NCBI GenBank assembly: GCA_964016885.1
Contig: OZ024751.1
Location: forward strand, 50,902,001-50,966,000
Length of the DNA: 64,000 nucleotides
Source of the DNA: Eledone cirrhosa
Taxonomy: Eukaryota
Reading direction: 5' to 3'
The first letter of the stretch is position 1, and every line of letters starts with the position of its first letter. Both the position numbers and the translations under genes were made by a program. This document shows, piece after piece, positions 38,950-51,903 of the stretch. The notes under the pieces are model-generated. The model was not told the origin of the DNA, did not search any database, and saw only the letters and a program-made list of their open reading frames with translations.

Positions 38950-39790
38950 CATCACTGAGGTGTTTAAAATTGGCACTCCATGGAAACTCCTATATGCTGA
39001 TGACCTATATATAGCTGAATCCATAAGAGACTTAGAAGCAAAATTTCAAGCATGGAAGAACCTAGAGTTGAAAGACCTAAAAGTAAACTGAATAAGTAGG
39101 AAAGAGGTCAGGAAGCTGATACCATCAGGAAATATCAAAAAGGGGTGGGCAGAAATTCCATAAGGTGCACACAGTGTAATCTATGGATATACAAGCAATG
39201 TAGTGGGATTTCAGACATGCTAACGGAAAAGATAGATTTTGTATGTGGCAGATACAACAGAGAAGTAAGCACTAAGAGCACATGTGAAACAAATACCCTT
39301 AGTTGCCAAAGAGGTTCCTTAGTTGTTGACAGCTTTTGTTACTTAGGTGACTTAATTAGCAATTGGAGAGGATGCTCTGAAAGTGTGATCTCTAGGATAA
39401 GAACAGACTGGAAGAAGTTTAGAGAGTTGATACTTCTGCTGACAACAAAGAGCTTCTTTCTTAGAGTGAAGGGTAAATTATATGATACCAGCAAGCAAAC
39501 TACAATGCTACCTAGCAGTGAAACATGGGCTTTGACTGCAGAAGACCTGTGAAGGTGAGAAAGAAATTAAGTGAATATATTGGAATATTGGAATGGATGT
39601 GTAATGTTAGTGTGTATGAATACACATAGCATAAGTGAATTGAGAGAAAAGCTCAGCATAAATAGAATTAGATGTAGTGTGCAAGAGAGAAGACTACATT
39701 GGTATGGACAAGTCATTCTTGTGAGATGAAAAACAAAGCCCATTAAAAGGCAGAGGAACTCATGAGAGTCAAAAGTCATCCAATGTGTAT
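38950..39790 (+). mobile_element. Old degenerate RTE LINE fragment with PHD remnant
   Basis: PWKLLYADDL, NSIRCTQCNLWIYKQCSG, VVDSFCYLGD, with stops and indels. Confidence 0.85.
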
Positions 39791-40879
39791 ATATATGTTT
39801 GTACATATATGATTAATTATCTTGTTGTAATGGTATGCCTTGTGTGCTCTCTTGACCCTGAGGGCTATACTAGCAGAAGTTTAATTCTTGGTATATCCAT
39901 CTTTGCCAGACAGGCCAAAGAGTAGGAGCCACACTTGGCTCAATGACAAAACATCTCACCATGGAGTGACAGAGTGGTGGACATGTGACATCAGCAGTTA
40001 AGTGATTCATACTAGATGCTGAGCAGACGGATGTCATGTTGATGGTCAGGATTAAAAGATTTCCTTAAGCTGTTGACTACTGCGTATATTTTACACAGCT
40101 ATAGTTGCTGTAGTGGGTTTCTTTTCAGTAAAATGAGTATTTTTATTGACAAACGTCACATCAATAAACTAGTAACCCCACCTAGCTTAGAAGTTATAAC
40201 TGTTGGAAACAAGTTCATAACTTTGAAGTTATGAAATGTTGGAAAGGAGCCCAAACATGTTAGGACAAGTTATCTTGTCCGTGGCATTGGAATGCATACA
40301 TGTCGAGTTACCTCATCTATGGCACAGAATAGGTTAAGGGAAAGACTGCAGCCTGCATTAACAAGTAGCACTGGATGCATGTATCAATGCACAATCAAAT
40401 TGAGGAAGATAAAAAGCAAAGTTAACACTAGCAGGATTTGACCTCAGAATTTAAAGACCTGAAACAAATGATGGGCAGTGATTTTTATTAGAAATATCAT
40501 AATGAAAGGGTCAGATATTGTAAAGAATTTTGTTTAATTCTCTATGGGTTCTACCATCCACTGTTGTAACAACAGTAACAACAACAATAGGACAGGGGAC
40601 CCTTACATTAAAGCACCCAAGAAACCTCCAATGGGATGCAATCTCATTTGAGGCTGCCTAAACCTACACAGGTGTGAGCTGTAACAACAACAAAAACAAC
40701 ACAAAACACTATTTAAAAAAAAACCTTTTCATGTTATTGTTTAAAAAATTTTGTTTTGGGTTATTAACACATCCTCATTCTCCTGCTAATACAGAGAAAT
40801 TACTCAACCTGCTATTTCTAACAGTCAAACCTCTATCATACCCTAACATTTAAAAAAAAAGGAAGGACACACTAGATAA

Positions 40880-41052
40880 TGTGGTGGTAGTAGTAGTAGT
40901 AGTAGTACTTGTAGTAATATTAGTAGTAGCAGCATCATTAATAGTAGTAGTAGTAACAGTAGTAGTAGTAGTAGCAGCAGTAGCAGTAGTAATAGTACAA
41001 GTAGTAGCAGTAGTAATAGTAGAAGTAGTAACAGCAGCAATAGTAGTAGTAG
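40880..41052. repeat. (GTA)n trinucleotide repeat
   Basis: Seen directly. Confidence 0.9.
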
Positions 41053-41479
41053 ATAAACTGTCAGAATATTTTAAAAGACAAATGGCCAGGGCTCTTGAGG
41101 TTTAAACAATAACTGAGAAATATAAAACAAAACAACATACAAAGTATGTCTTTGAGAATGTGTGATGTTCATTCATTTCCCAAATATTCTATTAAACAAA
41201 CACTAAAATACACATTTCTTTAGAAGAGGGCAACCAGAACATATTTGTATGAGGTAAGGGAAAGTTGTTGATATTAAAATGCCCCTCTCACTCTTCCAGC
41301 AATTTCCTAGGCAGGGAAAGTCGATTAAGTTGACCCATGGATGAAAGGTAAAATTGTCCTTGGTGGGATTTTAACATAGAATGTAAAGACATAACTGAAT
41401 ACTGCAAAGTATTCTGTCAACCTATAATAATTTGTAATACAGGCACAAGACAAGTTTAGGGGTATAGTTAATTATGTCA

Positions 41480-42110
41480 GCCGCTCTCCAGCTATCTATT
41501 TAAAGCTGTATATAGCTATGGTGCGGCCACACTTAGAATTTGCATCACCAGTCTGGAACCCCTATCTTGCTCAGAACATTGACTGCCTGGAAACTGTTCA
41601 GAGACGTGCAACCAAGCGAATACCCTCCATCAGGCATCTACCATACTCTGAACGCCTTGCTTCCCTGGGCATGGATACATTGAAGCTCCGACGTCTGGCA
41701 ACTGACTTGGTAAACACCCACAAAATGATTAACCATCTTGCCAACAACAACCCTGAGCACCTTTTTGATTTCCATGTGTCTAACACACGTGGGCATGCCA
41801 ACAAAGTCAGAAAACAGCACAGCTCCCATGACTTTCAGAAACATTTTTTCATGCTCAGAGTTGCTGAAGCATGGAACAAACTCCCTGCATCAGTTATTAG
41901 CTGTCGAGACACTGCATCCTTTAAAACCTCCATGCTTCCTGAGATTCGCCAACACTATACCTGATATCCCCCTTCCATACACATGCACACATGTATTTCA
42001 TGTTCATTTTCCTGACATTTATACATTAGTCTATGTACTATACATGCTTCTTTGATGAGTTGTAGTGCACCTGAGCACTGTACACAATTTCATTATTATT
42101 ATTATTATAT
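41480..42110 (+). mobile_element. CR1-clade LINE 3' fragment with (ATT)n tail
   Basis: LYIAMVRPHLEFASPVWNPY...LETVQRRATK.IP....LPYSERL..LG..TL..RR...TRGH..K...FF..RV...WN.LP, the CR1 C-terminal signature. Confidence 0.9.
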
Positions 42111-42141
42111 ATATATTATTATTATTATATATATTATTATA

Positions 42142-42330
42142 GGGCGGTGGATTGGCAGTATCGGTAGAGGGTCGGACGCCATGCTTTCCAGCGTGTTACG
42201 TCCCTTTACGAACTGAGTTCAAATCCCGCCGAGGTTGACTCTGCCTTTCATCCTTACGGGGTCGATAAAATAAAGTACCAGTAATGCACTGGGTAATTGC
42301 TGGCCTTGTGCCTAAAGTAGAAACAATTAT
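42142..42330 (+). mobile_element. tRNA-derived SINE; related copies at ~8315-8520 (+), 47040-47200 (-) and 63812-64000
   Basis: A-box-like tggcagtatcgg, B-box gagttcaaatccc, conserved body gcctttcatcc..ggggtcgataaaataaagtaccagt. Confidence 0.8.
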
Positions 42331-42970
42331 TATTATTATATATTGACCCAAGTATTTGCCTGACTCTTAAGTCTACTTTGGTCTATATAGGTCTGTAACT
42401 AATTACGAGGACATATGTGGGATAAATGAATTTATCCTACATTTATCTTTGGTTTAATATATTAAATTACTGATGCTCTGTGAAGTTATTTTCATTTAAT
42501 TTATTGGACTTTACCCTATGGATTATACTTCAGCTATAAATAATCTTTTTAATTACTAATTGTACAAACAAACAGCTTTAAATCCTCTTGTCACATCATA
42601 AGTTAATTTCTCAACTTGTACACACACGTGCGTGTGTGTGTTTAAGAGTGCAAATGAAAGGAAAACAGTTTGATACCTTGTGTAGAGTTTATATTTGTTG
42701 GTGAACAGTTGTTGATGTGAGGGTTTATTACTGAGAGCTTCATGCAAAGTATATTTAATTATTCAGGTGTTCACTGTAAGACCTCAAGGTGAACACCTGA
42801 ACAATTAGACATGTATTTAACATGCTTATGAAACTGAATAATGAACACTTTAGTCAACTGTCCAACTATGATTTTATAACATACACACATGTACGTGTCT
42901 ATGTATGCATACATACATAGACACAAACGATCTATCATACATCTGTTACTGGTGCCATGACAAAGTTTTT

Positions 42971-43500
42971 CCTTCAGTTCACCCTGTCCAGCACTGCCAT
43001 GTGAAGTTTCCTTGCTTCCAACCTGGTGTCACCTTCAAGGACATGCTTCAGTTCACCCTGTCCAGCACTGCCATGTGAAGTTTCCTTGCTTCCAACCTGG
43101 TGTCACCTTCAAGGACATGCTTCAGTTCACCCTGTCCAGCACTGCCATGTGAAGTTTCCTTGCTTCCAACCTGGTGTCACCTTCAAGGACATGCTTCAGT
43201 TCACCCTGTCCAGCACTGCCATGTGAAGTTTCCTTGCTTCCAACCTGGTGTCACCTTCAAGGACATCCTTCAGTTCACCCTGTCCAGCACTGCCATGTGA
43301 AGTTTCCTTGCTTCCAACCTGGTGTCACCTTCAAGGACATGCTTCAGTGTGATGTATGGTCTTCCAACAACTCTGCACAATTCTGGTTTCCAGAGAAGAA
43401 CTCTGTCAGCAGATTCATTGTGATGTGTCACATGTCTAGCTAATGCAAGCCTCCATTGCTTTATGATGTCAGAAAAGTGAGGATGTAAAATGTAGAGCAA
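42971..43500 (-). repeat. 74-bp x5 tandem repeat derived from the end of a degenerate RTE-type ORF
   Basis: Five near-identical units (42971-43347) continuous with the frame RLALARHV..H....RVLLWKP....GRP..T....L..DT. Confidence 0.85.
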
Positions 43501-43693
43501 TTTATTTGTTACATTAGCTTTCTAGATGTTCCAGAGCTTTTTCAGCATTTGTGTCTGTGCTATTGATCTTGTTTGTAAACGTTTTTTTTTGTTAACATCC
43601 AATCTCCTTTATGGATGTGAGTCATACATACATATATATATATATACAGGGAGTATAACGAAGTTACTGTTTATATACATATATACACACACA

Positions 43694-45110
43694 CATCATC
43701 ATCATCATCACCGTTTTACGTCCGTTCTTCCACGCTAGCATGGGTTAGACGGGTTGTCCTGTTGTGGGCAGTGTCTGGTCGGCTGACCATGCCTTGCTCA
43801 TACAGGAACTGATTTGGCTTGATTTCTACAGCTGGATGCCCTTCCTAACACCAACCTTATTTACAGTGAGTGCTGGGTGCTTTTTCGTGGCGCCTACATG
43901 TCCACTTTACAGTGTGGGCTGGGTGCTTTTTTGCCGTGGCACCTCCACGACCACCTTGCGGTGGGGGGTGTGGGGGCATATTGTCTATATGCTTCAGCTT
44001 GTACCCATGGGAGGTCGGGTACTCTGTATTACTGCGTGACGCCAGAAGTCACGGTCGTGTGTCATTGTCTTTGAGAGGTGTAATTGGGTAAGGTCGGCTT
44101 TTATCACCTCATCCCAGGTCATCTTGGGTCTCCCCACTCCACGGTTTCCATCAACTACTAGTGCTCTGCACCTTTTTATGCAGCTGTCATCCTTCATACG
44201 CATCACATGTCCATACCAGCGCAACCGCCTCTCCTGCACACAGCATATGAGTCCTCTTATGCTCAGTCTCTCTCTCAATTCATTTATGCTTTGTCGTTCA
44301 CGTATATTACTGTTACACATCCATCGGAGCATGCAGGCTTCGTTTCTTTCTAATCTCCATAAGTCTTCCACCCTCAGCGCCCAGGTCTCACTACCATGCA
44401 ACATCGCTGTTCGGATACACGCATCATACAGTCTGCCTTTCATTCTGAGGGAGAAGCCTTTTGCAGCTAGCAGTGGTAGTAGTTCCCTAAACTTCTTCCA
44501 TCCCATTCTTACCCTAGTTATTGTACTTTCTGAACACCCACCTCCGCTGCTAATTCGGTCACCTAGGTAGCAGAAGCTGTCTACTGTTTCTACAGGGCTC
44601 TCCCAGAGATTGGTGGTACTTGTTTCCTGTGGCTGTTTGCTGCTTGCTGTCTCAGCACAGCTGCTGCATGTGAATCTTACATTCTTAATTAAGCTTCCTG
44701 AGATCTCGCTACATCTCTTGTGTACCCATTGTTTGCATTTGGGGCAGAGAATGGAGTTCCTATCTACACCTTTCCTACATACTGAGCAAGGCCATTTCCC
44801 TGAGGGGATCTGGGTTCTGTTTTCTCGTCTACTTACAAGGACCTTAGTCTTTGTCATGTTGACTTTGAGACCCTTTCTTTCTAGTCCCTGCTTCCAAGTT
44901 TGGAATTTATTCTCTAGTTCTACCATAGATTCAGCTATGAGTGCGAGGTCATCAGCATACAGGAGTTCCCATGGGCATCCGGTCTTAAACTCCTGTTATT
45001 GCCTGCAGGACTATGATGAACAGGAGAGGGCTAAGAACAGAGCCCTGGTGGACCCCAACCTGTACTCTAATCGCCATTGCTAATCCTAACTTTGCTGACT
45101 GCTCCCCTAT
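43694..45110 (-). mobile_element. RTE LINE family C, 5'-truncated, with long TSD
   Basis: ORF 43994-44926 with PHD; (GAT)n tail; catacat(at)nacagggagtataacg(tg)aagttactgt on both flanks. Confidence 0.93.
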
Positions 45111-46029
45111 ACATACATATATATATATATACAGGGAGTATAACGTGAAGTTACTGTATATATATATATATATATATAATAAACACACCCACACACACAA
45201 ATACAAATGAATAAAAAGAGGTTTCAATACATAATAAATGAGATGAAAATATTTGTATTAACAGTTTCACATATTTGTGCATTACAGGTGGTTTAATTAG
45301 CTGTAAACATATCTAACTTTTCAGAGGATGCATTCTCAATAAGTGTTGAAAGATTCAGATGTGGTTACAAAGTGTGTTATAACGGGCCTCCATTAGATAC
45401 CACCATGTGACCTAAACCAACCATATCTCCATCTTTCAATACTTACTGAGAATGAAAGAAGAATGAAGAGTTAGATGTGTTTATGTCTAACGAAACCACT
45501 GGTAATGCAAGAATAAGTCAAATTGTGAATACAAATGTGTGTACATATATATGATGCAGATAATTAGTGTGTTTATCTATAATGCCATGAAGATACACTG
45601 GTTTAAGTAGTCCAAAATCACTCCATGTCCGTAGTGTGAGCGAAATGGTGGCAATTAAGTGTGACGGAGTTTCAATTTACGAAATATTGTTAAGACAGGG
45701 TTACTTTTTCATACTTGTTTTATTGCATAATATATATTTCAATGACAGTCTCCATATGACATCATCAGATGCTCATACAATTATAAGATAGGTATGTTAA
45801 TATGCCGCTCACATCACACCAAGATGGTAATACCTTACCAATAGCATAACAACATCTCATAATTGTATGAGCACCTGATGATGTCAAATGGGGATTGTCA
45901 ATGATATAACCACTGCATGATGACTAACCATGTCACAGAAATATGTATTATGCAATAAAATAATTATGTAAAAATAACACTATTTTGTATATATATATAT
46001 ATATATATATCGACAGTTGATCGACTTTC

Positions 46030-46228
46030 GTCAAATCGGACTGAGGAAACAATATTTCCATTAGTCTTTCAAATTGCTAATACTATCTATTGGTCACAAA
46101 TCCAGGTAGAAGGAGCAACGTGAAATAAAGTGCTTTGCTTAAGGGCATAACACATCATCCGGCCCGGGAATCGAACTCACAACCTCACAATTGCGAATCC
46201 AATTCTCTAACCACTCAGCCACACACCT
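46030..46228 (-). mobile_element. tRNA-derived SINE (second type)
   Basis: Minus strand: A box tggctgagtgg, B box gttcgattcc, then a non-tRNA body. Confidence 0.7.
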
Positions 46229-46343
46229 TCACGATATATATATATATACGTTAAGGGCCAAAAACACTGAGATGATGGTTAAACATATCATCCGCACAGC
46301 CAAAACAAACGATTCTCTGAGCTGAAAACGATTCTCGCTAATT

Positions 46344-46423
<80 letters not shown>

Positions 46424-46642
46424 GTATGTATGTAATTTTAGTTAGTGCCAGCAGTATAAAAAACATCATTATAAGTAGAGAGAAGAAGAGGAGCAGGAAG
46501 AGGAAGAGTTAATTATAACAACAAACAGTAATGTTAATGAGATGGTGATAGTGATGTTGGTGTTGTTGTTGTTGGGGGAGAGAAGGGACCATTACAGTTT
46601 TAAATAAAGTGAAATTAAACCCTGCCACCCCCTTCCCTTCTT

Positions 46643-46836
46643 TTATAATTCATCATTTTTCTTCTCTTGTTTGTCCTCGCTGTCATTATCATCTTCATCA
46701 TCACTTTCTTCGCTGTCATCATCTTCCTCTGATTCCTCACTAGCAGCCTTTCTCCTAGCTTCGGCGGCAGCTTCAACATCTGACTTCAGCGGGGCTTTCG
46801 GCATCTCAATCTCCATGTCAGCAGATGTACATACTC
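46643..46836 (-). CDS. CNPY2: Canopy-2-like, last coding exon (acidic tail, NDEL)
   Basis: tacag acceptor; (R)VCTSADMEIEMPK...SEEDDDSEESDDEDDNDSEDKQEKKNDEL*. Confidence 0.88.
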
Positions 46837-47489
46837 CTGTAGTGGGGAGAGAGAAGGATGAAATGAGAGGTGTAGAAGCTAATACATAGATATGTATATA
46901 TATATATACACAAAGAGAGAGGGACCAACAGATAGATGGATGGTTTATCATCTCCACTGTTTAACATCCATTTTTCCATGCTAACATGGGTTAAACAAGT
47001 CACATCAGATAGAGATATAAATATAACATGGCCAGAAATTACCCCTCAGTACATTACTGGTGCTTTATTTTATCGACCCCGTAAGGACGCAAGACAAAGT
47101 TAACCTCGGTGGGATTTGAACTCAGAATGGCAAGGGCTGTAACTCTATACGTCAAAGCATGGCATCCGACCCTCTACCGAAACTGCCAATCCACCGCCCT
47201 CCATCAAATATAATAATGTTTCAATTTTGGCACAAGGCCGGCAATTTTGTGGGGAAAGAAAAGTTGATTATACCAACCCCAGTACTTGACTGTTACTCTA
47301 TTTTATCAATCTTGGCAAGATAAAAGGCAAAGTTGACCTCATCAGCAGAATAATAACAACAATATTTCTTAATTAATCACAAAGCCAGCAACAAATTTGC
47401 AGATGAAAGAGGTATGGTCACTTGATAGACTCAATGCCTGTATCTAATGAAGTATGTGGGAACAGGTAGATGTTAATTTGAAGAGCTGG

Positions 47490-47765
47490 AGGAAGAGGAG
47501 GAGCCAATGAATGAGAAGGTAGTGAAAGAGGAGGAGCCAATGAAAGAGGAGGAGCTAATGAATGAGAAGGTAGTGAAAGAGGAGGAGCCAAAGAATGAGA
47601 AGGTAGTGAAAGAGGAGCCAATGAATGAGACAGTGAAAGAGGAGGAGCTAATGAATGAGGCAGTGAAAGAGGAGGAGCCAAAGAATGAGAAGGTAGTGAA
47701 AGAGGAGGAGCTAATGAATGAGACAGTGAAAGAGGAGGAGTTAATGAGAAGGTAGTGAAAGAGGG
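47490..47765. repeat. ~30-33-bp purine-rich intronic minisatellite
   Basis: Repeated gaggaggagccaatgaatgagaaggtagtgaaa. Confidence 0.85.
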
Positions 47766-47791
47766 GAGAGATATATTATTATTATACTCAC

Positions 47792-47891
47792 GCATCACAT
47801 CCCTACATAACCTGGCCCCATGGTCTTTGATGTCAAGTCTTCGGAATAGTTCAATCATCTTCTCTTCATAATCTTCCAGGATGTTGTCACA
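47792..47891 (-). CDS. CNPY2: Canopy-2-like coding exon 4
   Basis: tccag acceptor and gtgag donor; 100 bp; CDNILEDYEEKMIELFRRLDIKDHGARLCRDVM, resembling CESIVEEYEDELIEFF...LC. Confidence 0.9.
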
Positions 47892-48639
47892 CTGGAACAG
47901 TAAATTGTCTGGTTAACAATGGTATGGAAGTAGTGGCAGTGTTGTGGTGGTATGGTGTGTGACAGCATAGTGGTATAGAGGAGGTATGGAGTGTGATGGT
48001 ATAGTTGTGGTGTTGTGATAGTGGCGTTACAATGGTTTTGTGGTGTGTGATGGTATGGTGTAGTGCTGTATGTGATAGTGGTATTTCAGGTTCAAATTCG
48101 CAGTCTTAGAAGATAATGTTTTCAATATAGACACAAATGACAGCAGGATTTGAACTCAGAACGTAAGGGGTCAGAACTAAATACCTTAAGGCGTATTGTT
48201 ATGTCTAGTAAAAGCGGAAGAAACAAGATTCAAGGGAGATAACTTGGTTTTATTTGAAACTATGCTAGAATACAGTAGCGGTGTATATGAAGACATTATA
48301 CGTTTTGTTTATGTGCGTTCAATAAGTATATAAGAGTCTATGAATGTCTTAAGCTGTGATCATGTCACAGCTATCTCAGTAACCGGTGAGAATGCGAGAC
48401 ACGTGTTTCTGGATGTTTAACCGTCACCTGTAACATTTTCTCATTCCGTACTGAGACAAGAATAAGCTAAATCTTAATCCTTGCATGGGATAAGGTACTT
48501 TGGAACGCAGGCTGCCAACAGACCTAATTGTGGAAAAACTGCATGCCTCGACAATATGTAAAGAAAATAAACCGAATACTCTGATGGCTGGATAATCTTT
48601 AAGATTTTCCTCGATGAAGCAGGAAAAATGCAGGTCCTA

Positions 48640-49027
48640 GGGGATCAAGAAAATCAATTTTTTTTATGCGCACAATATGCCTTGAAATTTTGGGAAAATT
48701 GGCTAGACGTAACGCCTCAAAAAAGCCCTAAAAAGCTGAAAAAAAATGAAGTTTTTCACCTAATGCGGGCCCTAGGCCATAAAAAAGTTGGATTTTCTTT
48801 GCTCACGGTATGAAGAAGAGACTGACTAATACATAGTTACAATTTCAAGGAAATCGGTCTGACATAACGCCTCAAAAAACCTGATAAAGTGCAGTTTTTC
48901 ATCTAATGCGGGCCCAAGGGCATCAAAAAGTTGAATTTTTTATGTGCATAACACTCCCTGAAACATAAGTAATACACATGTAAAGTTTGACACACAGACA
49001 GACATCCTCAGTTTTATATATATAGAT
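48640..49027 (-). mobile_element. Possible non-autonomous Helitron-like element 5' end
   Basis: Minus strand starts A|TCTATATATATAAAA...gtctgtctgtgtg, with an internal ~170-bp duplication; 3' CTRR end not found. Confidence 0.35.
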
Positions 49028-49314
49028 ATCATATATGCCTTCATATATACCTTTATTATGAACCGCACTATGTTAGTGCTATTGCCGATATAACTACAGT
49101 TGCCTTGCCACAAAAATGAATAAAATGTAATAACATTTTTTACTATTTCCTCTGCACACAGAAAAACGTTAGAAATTATCTTTATAAAGCATTTCGAAGA
49201 TTATAGTTCTTCATCAGAATATAATTTTGTAGCATTACTATATATGTTAAGCAAGATGCAGAATATAACTACAATGGTCAGTTTGATTTTTATGAATTGC
49301 ATGTTTTGCAATAT

Positions 49315-49752
49315 ACTGTATATATTTGAATATAAGCTGACCTATTTTTATGTCTGAGAACTGGGCAAAAATTCAAACATCATGTATATAAGTTGAGGCA
49401 GTTAATAAACACATTCTCACGAGTGGAGAATACATTTATGAAGTTTTAATATTTCTGTATTTAGAATTAAATGATAGTTTTTGTTTCACAATTCTATTAC
49501 ATAATGATTTTTTTTGATTTTTTTTTTACTAATTTCCAAGGCCATATTCCTTCAAAACACATAAAAAATAATAGGAAAAACAAATTTCACCCTAAAGTGA
49601 AATCAGTGTAATATTCACCTCTAAAGTGAAAATATTTTTGGAACCTTATTTACTTAAAATTTGAAGATGGTGTAAATCATCAAAATATTGACCTTGAATA
49701 TAAGTGGATTTTTTTGGCACATATTTCTTGCCTTATATACAAGTATATATGG
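49315..49752. mobile_element. pogo/Tigger-like MITE, degenerate
   Basis: ta|ctgtatatatttgaatataag...cttatatacaagtatatatgg|ta. Confidence 0.6.
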
Positions 49753-49934
49753 TAATTAATTAAGTGGCAAATATACTAGAACATAGCATATATATTCAAA
49801 GATTTAAGGTAAATTTAATTGAGATCTAAATAGTTGATTTAGTTAGCAGTCTCGCTGTGAAAACAAACAAAACAAAATATAAACATTTTCCACTGTATCT
49901 AATATTTACATAAGACAATGTTGGCATCTCTTAC

Positions 49935-50129
49935 CATATATTTTATCTTCTCTGAGAGTTCAGGAGCGACGTTAAAGTTATCTAATGATACAGCTACACC
50001 AGCGTATGTTATTGTCCGAATTAAGCTCTTCTTACCCAGCTTGTTTGTAGTTTCAGCATAATGTTTCATAGACTCACACAAGTTTTCCATAATCTCCACT
50101 AAATGAAGCTCAGATCTTCCGTATGGAAC
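49935..50129 (-). CDS. CNPY2: Canopy-2-like coding exon 3
   Basis: ttccag acceptor and gtaag donor; 195 bp; VPYGRSELHLVEIMENLCESMKHYA...KIKYM, resembling CNPY2 VPYARSEAHL.E..E.IC..MKEY. Confidence 0.92.
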
Positions 50130-50292
50130 CTGGAAAATATAACACAAGCAAAACTGAAATACTGCATGCTACTTTTATCTATTAAACCTTTTGATACCAA
50201 GCCAACTAGAACTGCACACCCTCCACCTGGTTTTACAACAATAAACAGTTTACTTTAAATTATTTAATTCATATTTATGTAAAAACCATTAA

Positions 50293-50497
50293 CCCTTTAG
50301 CATTTCTATTACTCTATATTTACTATATTTTCACAATAAAGTCTTTATCTCACATAATATCGAATCTATAAGATTTTGATATTATTTATTTTCAGAACAA
50401 TACCTTAACATCAGTATAAGCAGCCAGTTATGGCTTGTTTAAACAGAAAGAGGTGAGAGAATTCTGGCCAGATACGGCCGGTTTAAATGCTAAAGGG
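50293..50497. mobile_element. piggyBac-like MITE family B nested in a family A element (50186-50630); further copy at 51457-51673
   Basis: ttaa|ccctttagcattt...atgctaaaggg|ttaa. Confidence 0.8.
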
Positions 50498-50861
50498 TTA
50501 AGTAATGCTCTAAACACCAGAACAGATAATCAGAAAATTACTTCTATTACCAAATCCCTCTAAGTTTTTGATTATTTTCAAAATCATTTGAAAAACAAAG
50601 GCAGTATCTTTCATGGTAATGTAAGAGTTTAAAAAAGCTCTCTTCTTCACACCATGACTATTTTACATTTTTTCTTCTCTCATAGATTTGAGGAAGGTGT
50701 GGTGTGAGATGGTTCAATCCCCATTTGTTTCTTCTACTGTTTAGTCAGGGAGAGAGGAAGGGACAGAAGTATCCTCAGGCTGCAAACTTGGACTGAATGC
50801 TTGCAACAAAGTAGACTCTGCTAAAGGTAGCCATGAGCCAGAAGGTGGTATTAAACCTAGT

Positions 50862-51080
50862 GACCACTCCATCAAACATTAGAGACCATCTCCCTCAAAC
50901 ATTACAAACCATTCCATCAAACATTACAGGCCACTCTATCAAACATTATAGACCACTCCATCAAACATTACAGACACCCCCATCAAACATTAGACCACTG
51001 CATCAAACATTAGACCACTGCATCAAACATTACAGATCACTGTATCAAACATTACAGACCACTCCATCAAACATTACACA
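50862..51080. repeat. 20-22-bp tandem repeat (gaccactccatcaaacattaca)
   Basis: About 10 copies. Confidence 0.85.
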
Positions 51081-51111
51081 AACTACATGTGTCTCCTGTA
51101 TCTGTCCTTAC

Positions 51112-51227
51112 CTCATGTGTTTTCTGGTTACCATCTGGATCAACACGAAAACTTCCAACTTGAACCTTTTTTTTGGGGTCTGCAAGACTTATTTTGTTAT
51201 TTATTTCTCCTACAAGAACTCGGCAAA
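51112..51227 (-). CDS. CNPY2: Canopy-2-like coding exon 2
   Basis: ctctag acceptor and gtaag donor; 116 bp; (V)CRVLVGEINNKISLADPKKKVQVGSFRVDPDGNQKTHE, resembling CR.LV.E....DPKK...GSFR..PDG.Q. Confidence 0.93.
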
Positions 51228-51903
51228 CTAGAGAGAAGGGAGAAAATAGGGGAATTAGCAAATAAAAATGGAAATAGATTTAATATATTTGTTTTGAGTG
51301 AAATTTGGTAGACAGAAACTGTGTAGATGCCTGTCATATATGTCATCGTATTTACATTGTTTTTTCTGCATACTTGCCTGGGTTGGATGAGGTCCTTTTC
51401 TAACCAGATTTCTATAGCTGGATGTTTTTCTGATGCCAATATATACCTTATCTTAACCCTTTAGCATTTACATTACTCTATATTTACTATTGTATTTTCA
51501 TGGTAAATACTTTATTTCACATAATTATCTCACATAATATCGAATCTACAAGATTTTGATATTATTTATTTTGAGAACAATAACTTAACATTAGTATGAG
51601 CAGCTGGTTACGGCCGGTTTGAACAGAAAGAGGTGAAAGAATTCTGGCCAGATACGGTCGGTTTAAATGCTAAGTATAGTACATGACACTAGTGTTGAAC
51701 CACAGTTGCAAGATATATTGTTTATGTCACCACAGGCATTATACAGTTTCCATCTACCAAACTTCTTCATTAGACAGTGGTCAGCCAAAGGCCATAGTTG
51801 GAACACATATACAAGTTTCCAGTGGGATAGAATCTAAGACCACATATGTAAAAGATAAATAAAAAGAAAACACATGTAAAAGACAGAAAATGTCTAAAAG
51901 CAG

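Noticed and set aside
46150-46228. tRNA gene
   Set aside because: A and B boxes are present but there is no convincing cloverleaf, and it continues into a SINE body
47507-47755. Glu/Lys-rich repetitive ORF
   Set aside because: Intronic minisatellite on the strand opposite CNPY2
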